The notes under the pieces were generated by a model that searched no databases, was not told the DNA's origin, and saw only the letters and a program-made list of their open reading frames with translations. Both the position numbers and the translations under genes were made by a program. Below, piece after piece: positions 48,321 to 57,720 of a DNA stretch of 64,000 nt (positions are counted from its first letter, which is position 1; each line of letters begins with the position of its first letter). Origin of the DNA: Dehalococcoidia bacterium (GTDB lineage Bacteria; Chloroflexota; Dehalococcoidia; Lucifugimonadales; UBA3495); contig DPHC01000008.1 of assembly GCA_003523055.1 (NCBI GenBank), forward strand, positions 5,967 through 69,966. Reading direction: 5' to 3'.

Positions 48321-49016
48321 ATGGAACCATTAATTAGAAACATAAATGATAATACTGATTCTCCTGGTAGGTTAGTAACTTTAGATCAAAATCCACCAAC
48401 ATGTACTCTGTCATATTCTAAATATGATGACGGCGAAACTAGCCCTCATCATATCCATGAATGGGAACATGAAGTATATATAATTTCAGGCAAAGGAACA
48501 TTGTTTTGTGACGGGATTGAATATCCAGTACAAGCAGGAGATGGTTTATTCATACCACCAAATGTTGATCACTATACTTTAAATAACGGTAAAGATGGAT
48601 TCCTAAGTAGAATAGAAGTAAATCCATTAATAGCCGCCCAATCTGGCGGATCAACTAAACAAGGTGGAGGAACTGGCGCTGCCCCTACAATACGACACCA
48701 CAGCGCATTACAAGCAGGGAATGTGCTTATTGGCAGCCCTGAAGGAGCTCTAAACTATGTAATGCTTTATAACGGTGCAATGAAGCCTGGTTCAGTGAGC
48801 CACGAAGAAACTGGAGGACATGTACACCCTTGGGAACATGTAGTATACATCTTGGAAGGCGAAGGAATCATAAATTGCGAAGGTACCGATTACAAAGTGG
48901 TGGCTGGTGACGGAATATTAGTACCGCAAAACAGCCATCACCAATGGAGAAACGAATCTTCCACTCCTCTTTTGAGAGTAACTTTTAACCCCATTGAATC
49001 AGAGAATAAAGATTAA
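48321..49016 (+). CDS. Bicupin protein (two cupin_2 domains)
   Basis: Two copies of the metal motif: HHIHEWEHEVYIISGKG and GGHVHPWEHVVYILEGEG, each followed by GD..xxP.N..H. AGAGG RBS upstream. Confidence 0.7.
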   Translation: MEPLIRNINDNTDSPGRLVTLDQNPPTCTLSYSKYDDGETSPHHIHEWEHEVYIISGKGTLFCDGIEYPVQAGDGLFIPPNVDHYTLNNGKDGFLSRIEVNPLIAAQSGGSTKQGGGTGAAPTIRHHSALQAGNVLIGSPEGALNYVMLYNGAMKPGSVSHEETGGHVHPWEHVVYILEGEGIINCEGTDYKVVAGDGILVPQNSHHQWRNESSTPLLRVTFNPIESENKD

Positions 49017-50197
49017 GAAATTCGGTACTCTGGACGTTTCAACAATTGTCTAGCAATAACAATCTTAAGTATTTCATTTGTCCCTTCACCGATGATCATT
49101 AAAGGGGCATCTCTGTAATATCTCTCAACAGGAAGATCTTTAATAAAGCCGTATCCGCCATGGATTCTCATTGCATCCATGGCGACTTCCTGGCAAATCT
49201 CACTCGCATACAGCTTCGCCATTCCAGATTCGGCGTCCGAACGCTCTCCCAAATCTTTTTTTTCCGCTGCATCATAAGTAAGCAATCTAGCTGCTTGAAT
49301 TTTAGTTGCCATTTCAGCTAATTTAGTCTGTATTATTTGAGTGTCAGATAATGGGGCGTCAAAACTATACCTTTGCTGAGAATATTTAATAGCTGCTTCA
49401 AAAGCAGCTTGTGCTACTCCTACTGCTCGAGCAGCAACATTGATTCTACCTGTCTCCAAACCACTCATAACTTGATAGAATCCTTTGTTTTCTTCTCCTC
49501 CAATAATATTATCGGCAGGGATTTTTAAATTATCAAAAAATATCTCACAGGTGTCCAATCCTCTATACCCTAATTTATCTAAATCTCGTCCAATACGGAA
49601 TCCTTCGCCTTTTTCCATTACAAATGCCGTTAACCCTCTATGTTTAGAGTTGGGGTCAGGGTCTGTTCTAGCTAATAAACAAAACATATCTCCGTGTCTG
49701 GCATTGGTAATAAACATTTTTGAACCATTTACTATATATTCCTCGCCATCTTTTTCAGCTCTAGTTTTCAAGCTGGCGACATCTGTACCTCCACCAGGTT
49801 CAGTCAAGGCTAATCCACCCCTTTTAATCCCTGAAGCAAGGTCAGGAAGAAATTTGTTCTTTTGTTCCTCAGTTCCATAATGGCTTAGTACGTACGTTAA
49901 TATATGATGTGTTCCAATAACACCACTGATACTCATCAATCCCTTACTTAATTCTTCGAATATCATGGCAAAGGTAGTATAATCCAATCCCATACCTCCA
50001 TATTCCTCAGGAACAGTAATCCCAAAGAGACCTAAACCTTTCATAGTTTCAATAAGTTCTAATGGGACTTCGTCATTTTTATCAATCTCAGATGCTATTG
50101 GAGCCACGTCTCTTTTCACGAAATCTTTGACCATGTTTACTATCTGATTCTTAGTTTCATTAGAGGTTCTGCTCATATATTTCTCCAAATTTTTCAA
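49013..50197 (-). CDS. Acyl-CoA dehydrogenase
   Basis: LALTEPGGGTDVAS, a catalytic region ending YRDAPLMIIGEGTNEI, and about 394 aa. Confidence 0.9.
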   Translation of the reverse strand: MKNLEKYMSRTSNETKNQIVNMVKDFVKRDVAPIASEIDKNDEVPLELIETMKGLGLFGITVPEEYGGMGLDYTTFAMIFEELSKGLMSISGVIGTHHILTYVLSHYGTEEQKNKFLPDLASGIKRGGLALTEPGGGTDVASLKTRAEKDGEEYIVNGSKMFITNARHGDMFCLLARTDPDPNSKHRGLTAFVMEKGEGFRIGRDLDKLGYRGLDTCEIFFDNLKIPADNIIGGEENKGFYQVMSGLETGRINVAARAVGVAQAAFEAAIKYSQQRYSFDAPLSDTQIIQTKLAEMATKIQAARLLTYDAAEKKDLGERSDAESGMAKLYASEICQEVAMDAMRIHGGYGFIKDLPVERYYRDAPLMIIGEGTNEILKIVIARQLLKRPEYRIS

Positions 50198-50286
50198 ATA
50201 CTGTAATTTGGGTTCTTAAACCATTTTAATAAGCATATCAAACGATTTATACTGTGTACATAAATTAATGAGCGTCAATAAGAAAA

Positions 50287-52275
50287 GTGGAACAACTCCT
50301 AAAACTTAATAATTTAAAATCCTTAGTACGAAACCACGACCATAATTATTATGTGCTAGACAAGTCAATTATTTCAGATTCTGAATACGATACATTGTTG
50401 TTAGAAATCCGTGCTATAGAAGCAGAATTTCCTGAATTAATAACACCTGATTCTCCAACTCAAAGAGTAGGTGGTAAAGCACAAAGCCAATTTGAACCCA
50501 TTACACATAGCATACCGATGTTAAGTTTGGCCAATACCTTTGATAGAACAGGTTTAAATGAATGGTTTAACAGGGTATCTGCAATAATAAACTCTGAAAA
50601 TATCACATTTACAACCGAACTGAAAATTGATGGATTAGCCATAAGTTTAATATATGAAAATGGCATTTTCACTAGAGGGTCTACTAGAGGCAATGGATTG
50701 GTAGGAGAAGATGTCACCTCTAATTTAAAAACTATAAAATCTATTCCTCTTTCCTTAAATAACGACATTTCAGGGGTTTTGGAAATTCGCGGTGAGATTT
50801 ATATGCCCTTAAAAGTATTCAACAAAATAAACGAATTCAGGGCAGAAAATGATCAGTCTTTAATGGCCAATCCAAGAAACGCGGCATCTGGTTCAATAAG
50901 ACAGCTGGATCCCAATGTGACTTCTGAAAGAGAGTTAGAAATATGGATTTATTCATTATCGAATTATGAATACCAATCTTTTAATTCTCATTTCGAAAGT
51001 TTAAATTGGCTCCAAGGAAAAGGGTTTCGAATCAATCCTCACACCAAACCATGTGGTTCTCTTGACGAAGTACAGCAATATTATGAATATTGGACAAAAC
51101 ATCGTTACGATTTGGGGTATGACATAGACGGTATAGTTATTAAAGTTGATTCTCTGGCATCGCAAAATGAATTAGGGTTTGCAGGAAGAGAACCAAGGTG
51201 GGCAATAGCTTATAAATTTCCATCTGAAAAAGCAAACACTAAATTAATAGACATAGGAATCAACATAGGAAGAACCGGAAGCGTGAACCCTTATGCGATT
51301 TTGACACCCATAAACATCGGAGGAGTAATTGTAACGAACGCATCATTACACAATGAAGAAGATATTTTAAGAAAAGATATCCGAATAGGTGACACGGTTA
51401 TAGTCGAAAGAGCCGGGGATGTTATACCACACATTTTAGGTCCAGTATTAGAAGCAAGAACAGGGAATGAAATGATTTTCAGTGTCCCAAACAATTGCCC
51501 TGAATGTGGGTCCATTATCTCAAAATTAGAGTCTATACACAGATGCACAAATTCAAATTGTCCGGCGATATTCCTTGAATCTGTCAAACATTTTGTCAGC
51601 AAAAATGCGATGGATATAGATGGTTTAGGTGAGCAATGGTGTTCTATTTTTATTAATAACAACATGATACATAGCTTGAGTGATATATATAAATTAACCG
51701 TTGAGGTCCTTAACCCATTGGACAGAATGGGAGATATTTTAGCTGAGAAAATTATTTCTAATATCAACGCAAGTAAAAACCGGCCATTAGACAGACTTAT
51801 ATTCAGTTTAGGCATATTACACGTTGGTTCTGAAATAGCCATTATTTTGGTTGATTCATTCAAATCTCTGAGCAATATATCTCAAGCTTCTTATGAAGAG
51901 CTCGTAGGTATTGAAGGTATTGGCCCTAAAATAGCCGAATCTATAACTGAATACTTTAAACTGGAAACTAATTTAAAATTAATCGAAGAACTTTCTCAGG
52001 CAGGGCTCAGTTTAGAAGCAATAATCACAGGCCTAACATCTGATAAATTAACAGGGTTAACTTTTGTTATAACAGGAACACTGCCTAACATGACTCGAGG
52101 TCAGATGGGAGATATGATTAAAACCAATGGGGGTAAAGTTGCTAATACAGTAACAAAAAATACCTCTTACCTGATCATAGGAGATTCACCAGGGTCTAAG
52201 CACAACCAAGCGCAAAAACTCGGCACAGAGATTATAGAAGAACATAAGTTTTTAGAAATTTTATCTAACATGTGA
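50287..52275 (+). CDS. ligA: NAD-dependent DNA ligase
   Basis: Adenylation motif ELKIDGLAISL, a Zn finger CPECGS...C..NCP, HhH repeats and a C-terminal BRCT (FVITGTL). GTG start. Confidence 0.95.
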   Translation: MEQLLKLNNLKSLVRNHDHNYYVLDKSIISDSEYDTLLLEIRAIEAEFPELITPDSPTQRVGGKAQSQFEPITHSIPMLSLANTFDRTGLNEWFNRVSAIINSENITFTTELKIDGLAISLIYENGIFTRGSTRGNGLVGEDVTSNLKTIKSIPLSLNNDISGVLEIRGEIYMPLKVFNKINEFRAENDQSLMANPRNAASGSIRQLDPNVTSERELEIWIYSLSNYEYQSFNSHFESLNWLQGKGFRINPHTKPCGSLDEVQQYYEYWTKHRYDLGYDIDGIVIKVDSLASQNELGFAGREPRWAIAYKFPSEKANTKLIDIGINIGRTGSVNPYAILTPINIGGVIVTNASLHNEEDILRKDIRIGDTVIVERAGDVIPHILGPVLEARTGNEMIFSVPNNCPECGSIISKLESIHRCTNSNCPAIFLESVKHFVSKNAMDIDGLGEQWCSIFINNNMIHSLSDIYKLTVEVLNPLDRMGDILAEKIISNINASKNRPLDRLIFSLGILHVGSEIAIILVDSFKSLSNISQASYEELVGIEGIGPKIAESITEYFKLETNLKLIEELSQAGLSLEAIITGLTSDKLTGLTFVITGTLPNMTRGQMGDMIKTNGGKVANTVTKNTSYLIIGDSPGSKHNQAQKLGTEIIEEHKFLEILSNM

Positions 52276-52288
52276 GACATAATAACTA

Positions 52289-52849
52289 ATGAAAATCATT
52301 GTAGGATTAGGTAACCCAGGTCCTAAATATACAGAAACTAGGCATAATATTGGATTTAAAATATTAGATCAACTTAGCCAAGATTTGTCCTTACCAAAAC
52401 AAGAACGTAAAGCTAAGTGTATTTTAAATATAGGAACTTACAACGATATAGACGTAGTCCTAGTAAAACCAAGAACATTTATAAACAATAGTGGAATCGC
52501 TATTAAATATATAATGGATCGGTTCAAAGTAACGAAAGAAGATATATTAATCATATATGACGACGTTGCGCTCCCGGTCGGTAAAATCAGAATTAGAGAG
52601 AATGGTTCAAGTGGGGGGCACAACGGCATTAAATCAATTATAGATGCTCTTCAAACTTCAATATTCCAAAGATTAAGAATAGGAGTAGGGTCTCCAAATA
52701 ACGACTCAATAGACATGATAAATTGGGTTCTTGGCAAATTTAATAACGAAGACAAAAAAATAATAAATAACTGCGTAGCCGACTGTAGTGAAATAGTAAA
52801 ATTTTGGATGACCAACGATATAAATACAACGATGAATACATACAATTAA
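52289..52849 (+). CDS. pth: Peptidyl-tRNA hydrolase
   Basis: IVGLGNPGPKYTETRHNIGF and GGHNGIKSI. Confidence 0.95.
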   Translation: MKIIVGLGNPGPKYTETRHNIGFKILDQLSQDLSLPKQERKAKCILNIGTYNDIDVVLVKPRTFINNSGIAIKYIMDRFKVTKEDILIIYDDVALPVGKIRIRENGSSGGHNGIKSIIDALQTSIFQRLRIGVGSPNNDSIDMINWVLGKFNNEDKKIINNCVADCSEIVKFWMTNDINTTMNTYN

Positions 52850-52852
52850 ACA

Positions 52853-54739
52853 ATGAAAAAACCTTTATTTAACTTAAGTTTATTATGCTTATTATCTGTT
52901 TCTTTGTTATGCTGCAAACTAACCACAAAAGAATTTACCAATGAATTTCCAATATGCCAACAAGATAACACCACAGCCATCAACGAGCATATATCTGAGT
53001 CGTTAGAAGCTAAGTATCCAGCAGCAAATATCCCAACAAATTTAAATTTATGCGACATGATTAGCGAATTAAAGATTACTCCAACCCATACCCCTGATAC
53101 AGATATTATTAACGCAATTGAATCAGTGTGGGTTACAGATATATCTCAGCAAAAAGACACTAACCATAAAATCAAACTGGAGCTTAGTACTGAAAATTTC
53201 GAATGGTATTTTGCTGACAATATACTAGTAAATATAGAATTATTAAATACAGTATCTGAAAAAATTGAATCTCAAATCTATCCGGTTTTGTCTGATAATT
53301 TCGGTGATTATTGGAGAAACAAAACTATACCAGAACAAAAACTAAAAATTATCCATGTTCCTTTAGGAAAAGGAATCGCTGGTTATTTTAATGACCGAGA
53401 CATGTATCCTAAGGCACTATTCCCTCATAGTAATGAGTTAGTAGGTATCTACGTCAATACTATGATCCAAATGTCAAACCCTGTATACCTAGAAGTGTTA
53501 ACACACGAACTGCAACATGCTATCCACTGGAACCAAGATCGCACTGAGGAAACATGGGTAAATGAAGGATTATCAGAATATGGGGTAGAATTAGCATCTT
53601 TAAGAACTTTTAATTTAGCTAAATTTAACCCTGAAACATCATTAGTTAACTGGCCATACGTTAATCAACTGCCGAATTACATTACATCAAATTTGTTTAT
53701 GAAATATTTTTATGAACATTATGTTAAAAACTCGGAACAAAAGCTCATTTTTATACAAGAGCCTTTAGATGGGATACATGGAATCAACAATTATTTAATG
53801 GACACCAACCAGAATAAAACTTTCTATGAGATTTTTTCAGATTGGGGAATAGCAAACTTAATTAACGAATCCAACACACTATACGGTTATAGCACTATAA
53901 GCGGTAACGTATTCGACTTCGCTAATCAAAACAGCATTGGGTACAACGAAGCAGTGGAACGTCAAATAACTCAATTTAGTACACACTATATAGACATTGC
54001 CATACCAAAAGAATCTGGAGAATTAGATATTTATTTTGAAGGCACCGAATTCACGCAATCATTTCCATACTCTATTAATACAATCGATAACTCGTGTTGG
54101 TGGAGTAATAAAGGTGATTCAATCAACACTTCATTGACTGGAAAAATAAATTTAGATGGATTAAATGCTTCTACTCTAAGTTTTTCTGCTTCTTATGATA
54201 TTGAAGAGAATTGGGATTTCGCGTATATACAAATTTCAAATGACAATCAAAAGACTTGGCAATCAATTAAAACTAAAAATATGAAAACATCCCTATATGC
54301 ATTGAACCATTTAAAACACGGCTATACAGGCAGGCAAGAATTTATTAATTATTCACTAGATTTGTCTGAATACCAAAATCAAGATATTCATATTAAGTTT
54401 TCTTACATCACAGACGGGAGTACTACTGGACCTGGATTTTGCGTGGGAGATATAAAAACTGAAAACAGCTCTGAATTAAAAATAGAGTGGATGCCTGATG
54501 GATTTGTGTATATTAATAACAATGCTCCTCAAGGTTATATGGTTAATATAATTCAGATGGGATTAGAAAACAAAGTTATTCCACTAGAATTAAATCACTC
54601 GAATCGCGCGACAATAAGGTTACCGATACCAACATACGGGAACTGGTATGTTATATCAGTAGTCGCGTACAACGAAATTTCTAATTTACCAGCGACCTAT
54701 ACCACAGGAGTTAACAACGATCATAGCATAGATAAATAA
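52853..54739 (+). CDS. Predicted lipoprotein zinc metalloprotease (gluzincin, HExxH...E)
   Basis: Signal/lipobox-like N terminus MKKPLFNLSLLCLLSVSLLCC. THELQHAIH plus downstream WVNEGLSEY. Confidence 0.6.
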   Translation: MKKPLFNLSLLCLLSVSLLCCKLTTKEFTNEFPICQQDNTTAINEHISESLEAKYPAANIPTNLNLCDMISELKITPTHTPDTDIINAIESVWVTDISQQKDTNHKIKLELSTENFEWYFADNILVNIELLNTVSEKIESQIYPVLSDNFGDYWRNKTIPEQKLKIIHVPLGKGIAGYFNDRDMYPKALFPHSNELVGIYVNTMIQMSNPVYLEVLTHELQHAIHWNQDRTEETWVNEGLSEYGVELASLRTFNLAKFNPETSLVNWPYVNQLPNYITSNLFMKYFYEHYVKNSEQKLIFIQEPLDGIHGINNYLMDTNQNKTFYEIFSDWGIANLINESNTLYGYSTISGNVFDFANQNSIGYNEAVERQITQFSTHYIDIAIPKESGELDIYFEGTEFTQSFPYSINTIDNSCWWSNKGDSINTSLTGKINLDGLNASTLSFSASYDIEENWDFAYIQISNDNQKTWQSIKTKNMKTSLYALNHLKHGYTGRQEFINYSLDLSEYQNQDIHIKFSYITDGSTTGPGFCVGDIKTENSSELKIEWMPDGFVYINNNAPQGYMVNIIQMGLENKVIPLELNHSNRATIRLPIPTYGNWYVISVVAYNEISNLPATYTTGVNNDHSIDK

Positions 54740-56025
54740 CGGTTAACTTCAAAATCCGTTACTTCAGTTCTATAAAGATCGAGTTCAATTTTTTTGTTAC
54801 TAATAAAACTAGTAAATATATGTTTCCCTAAAGTTTGTTGTAATAATTCACTGTGCTCTGAAAGACTTATGGCTTCTTCTAAACTTCCAGGTAACTGGTC
54901 ACTAACATCAACCTTACCAGGGCGTGGTAAATCATATTTACCTGTTATACCTTTTAAACCTGCTGCTAACATTACACTAAATGCTAAATAGGGATTACAG
55001 GCTGGATCCGGTGCTCTATATTCAATTCTTACAGAGTTTTCTCCGCCTATTTTAAAAGCTGGGATTCTGACCAGGTCAGATTGGCTAGAATGCGCCCAAG
55101 AAACATCCAATGGGGCCTCGTGACCTGAAACTAGTCTTTTATAAGAATTCACCCATTGATTAGTAACTAATGTGATTTCAGGAGCATGTTTCAATAATCC
55201 AGCCACAAAGTATTTGGCGTCATTTGATAAATGAAATTCATCATTTGGATCATAAAAAGCATTACTATCCCCTTTAAACAGAGATTGGTAAGTATGCATG
55301 CCTGATCCATTAATGCCATTAATGGGTTTAGGCATAAATGTAGCATATGCCCCTTTTGCAGCTGCTAATTCTTTTATAACTAGTTTCGCAGTAATCACAT
55401 TATCAGCCATAGTTAAAGCATCAGTATACTGCAAGTCAATTTCATTTTGGCTAGGCGCTACTTCATGGTGAGAATATTTTACTGGTATACCCATAGCCGC
55501 AAGGTTCAAAACGGTATCACGTCTCAAATCTCCTGAGACTTGTCCGGAATTTTGATCAAAATAGCCACCATTATCTAATAAAACAGGAGTTTCATCATTA
55601 GCTAAGTAAAAAAACTCTAGTTCGGTTCCGACATAAAATGTGAAACCCGAATCAGCTAATCGCTTTAAATTCTGTTTCAAAATATTACGTGAATCACCTG
55701 TAAATGGTTTCTCGTCAGGAGTGAATATGTCACAAAACATCCTAGCCGTACCATTATCAGTCGGTCGCCACGGTAACACAGTAAAAGTAGAAGGATCTGG
55801 GAACGCTCTCACATCGCTCTCATTATTACGTGCAAAACCGTCAATCGATGATCCATCAAATCCTACACCTCGGTACAAAGCATCTTCAAGGTCATCTATT
55901 GTAATGGCAAAACCTTTTAAATTACCTAAGATATCAGTGAACCATAATCTAATGAATTTGATATCATTTTCTCTAGCATCACGTAAGACAAACTCTATTT
56001 CATCATGTTTCTGGGAGTTATTCAT
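54721..56025 (-). CDS. Glutamine synthetase, short type I (GSI-alpha-like)
   Basis: FDGSSIDGF, HHEVAPSQNEIDL, NGSGMHTYQS and NSYKRL. 434 aa. Its 3' end overlaps the convergent protease gene by 19 nt. Confidence 0.9.
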   Translation of the reverse strand: MNNSQKHDEIEFVLRDARENDIKFIRLWFTDILGNLKGFAITIDDLEDALYRGVGFDGSSIDGFARNNESDVRAFPDPSTFTVLPWRPTDNGTARMFCDIFTPDEKPFTGDSRNILKQNLKRLADSGFTFYVGTELEFFYLANDETPVLLDNGGYFDQNSGQVSGDLRRDTVLNLAAMGIPVKYSHHEVAPSQNEIDLQYTDALTMADNVITAKLVIKELAAAKGAYATFMPKPINGINGSGMHTYQSLFKGDSNAFYDPNDEFHLSNDAKYFVAGLLKHAPEITLVTNQWVNSYKRLVSGHEAPLDVSWAHSSQSDLVRIPAFKIGGENSVRIEYRAPDPACNPYLAFSVMLAAGLKGITGKYDLPRPGKVDVSDQLPGSLEEAISLSEHSELLQQTLGKHIFTSFISNKKIELDLYRTEVTDFEVNRYLSML

Positions 56026-56102
56026 AGTGTCACACTCCGAAGTGTTTGCATTAAAGCCTCAGGTACAACGAGTTGGGTGATTTTATCAAAGCTCATTATA
56101 AC

Positions 56103-56139
56103 AGGGGCAAATTATTTTTAATAAAATAAGCTTGCCCCT
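56103..56139 (-). terminator. Possible stem-loop downstream of glnA (weak terminator candidate)
   Basis: AGGGGCAA (56103-56110) pairs with TTGCCCCT (56132-56139) across a 21-nt AT-rich loop. The trailing U-tract on the minus strand is poor. Confidence 0.3.
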
Positions 56140-56165
56140 ATCTTCTTGCCATAACTTATATAAAA

Positions 56166-57599
56166 CTAAGCGTCAAAGGAAAGATAAAACTCATAAGGAT
56201 GTGGTCTCAACCGAATAGGATCAACATCATTAGTACGTTTAAAATTGATCCAAGATGATATAACATCTTCAGTAAATACATCACCTTTTAATAAAAATTC
56301 GTGATCTGCCTCTAAAGCATTCAATGCCTCTTCTAAACTACTAGGAACTTGAGGCAACTTAGACAATTCTTCTGCAGATAATTCGAACAAATCTTGTTCA
56401 AGTGGTTCTCCGGGGTCATAGCCATTCTCAATGCCATCCAAACCTGCCATCAGCATGGCCGAAAATGTCAAATATGGGTTACAAGTCGGATCTGCAGATC
56501 TAAATTCGACTCTCTTAGCTGCTGGATTTTGAAAATACATTGGGATTCTGCATGCTGCAGATCGGTTTCTAGCAGATAAAGCGAGGATTGTTGGAGCTTC
56601 AAAACCGGGTGTTAGCCTTTTATAAGAGTTAGTTGTAGGGGCTCCAAAAGCCATAAGAGCCTTTCCGTGCTTAATCAATCCACCGATATAGTTTAATCCC
56701 ATTTTGGACATGCCAGCATATCCATCTCCAGCAAATAAAGGAACATCATCTTTCCAAATTGATTGGTGTATGTGCATACCGGTGCCATTGTCATTAAAAA
56801 TCGGCTTGGGCATAAAAGTGGCTACTTTACCATATTGCTTAGCTATATTTTTAATGACATATTTATATATCATAACCTTATCTGCAGTAGTGAGGAGTTT
56901 ATCGAACACAATATCAATCTCAGCTTGTCCAGCTGTGGCTACTTCATGATGTTGTTTTTCAACAGCTATTCCGAAAGTATTAACTAATGTTCTAACCATA
57001 TCACTACGCATATCTTGCATCGTATCAATCGGTGAAACAGGGAAATAACCTTCTTTATGCCTTGGTCTCAAGCCTTTATTTAAGGTGACACCATCCAACA
57101 TAGTTTTTTCTCCAGAGTTCCAAATGCCTTCATCTGAATCAATATGATGTTCCGAATAATTCGGTCCATAACCAAATCTGACTGAATCAAAAACGAAAAA
57201 TTCGACTTCTGGGCCCCATAACGAATCATCGCCTAAACCAGTTTTTTTAAGATAAGCTTCTGCTTTTTTCGCAATGTTTCTAGGATCTCTAGAATAGTCT
57301 TTCCCAGTAAGTGGGTCTCTGATATCAGCTATAACGGTTACATGACCCTTATTAAAAGGATCTATTGCTACTGTTGAAACATCAGGAACCAGAAGCATAT
57401 CTGATTCTTCAATTGATTGAAATCCCCTAATGCTAGATCCATCAAAACCTGTTCCATCTGTGAATAACGAATCTTTAACTTCACTAGTAGGAACTGCTAC
57501 ATGTTGCCAGGTCCCTGGTAAGTCTGTGAATTTAATGTCTAACATGTCGCATTCATTATCTTTCATAAGTTTTAAAACGTTAGCAGCCTCATTAGCCAT
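56166..57599 (-). CDS. glnA: Glutamine synthetase type I (GSI-beta-like, about 477 aa)
   Basis: FDGSSIRGF, HHEVATAGQAEID, NGTGMHIHQS and NSYKRLTPGFEAP. GGAGGAAA RBS just upstream on the minus strand. Confidence 0.95.
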   Translation of the reverse strand: MANEAANVLKLMKDNECDMLDIKFTDLPGTWQHVAVPTSEVKDSLFTDGTGFDGSSIRGFQSIEESDMLLVPDVSTVAIDPFNKGHVTVIADIRDPLTGKDYSRDPRNIAKKAEAYLKKTGLGDDSLWGPEVEFFVFDSVRFGYGPNYSEHHIDSDEGIWNSGEKTMLDGVTLNKGLRPRHKEGYFPVSPIDTMQDMRSDMVRTLVNTFGIAVEKQHHEVATAGQAEIDIVFDKLLTTADKVMIYKYVIKNIAKQYGKVATFMPKPIFNDNGTGMHIHQSIWKDDVPLFAGDGYAGMSKMGLNYIGGLIKHGKALMAFGAPTTNSYKRLTPGFEAPTILALSARNRSAACRIPMYFQNPAAKRVEFRSADPTCNPYLTFSAMLMAGLDGIENGYDPGEPLEQDLFELSAEELSKLPQVPSSLEEALNALEADHEFLLKGDVFTEDVISSWINFKRTNDVDPIRLRPHPYEFYLSFDA

Positions 57600-57650
57600 A
57601 TCATTTCCTCCTTAATTTGCGAACTATACTGATGTTCGAAGTAGTAAAAT

Positions 57651-57699
57651 TATATAAATAAACTGTTACGTTTATATTACGTAACAGTTTATTTATATA
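57651..57699. promoter_or_regulatory. Perfect 20-bp inverted repeat between amt and glnA (operator and/or intercistronic hairpin)
   Basis: TATATAAATAAACTGTTACG (57651-57670) and its exact reverse complement (57680-57699), with a 9-nt spacer. Lies 52 nt upstream of the glnA start and 22 nt past the amt stop. Confidence 0.5.
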
Positions 57700-57720
57700 T
57701 TATGATTGATACCGAGTTTC

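Noticed and set aside
57663-57687. Firmicute TnrA/GlnR box (TGTNA-N7-TNACA) in the amt-glnA palindrome.
   Set aside because: The half-sites TGTTA and TAACA are present but separated by 13 nt rather than 7, so it does not fit that consensus. NtcA (GTA-N8-TAC) also does not fit here or upstream of amt, where the spacing is 10.
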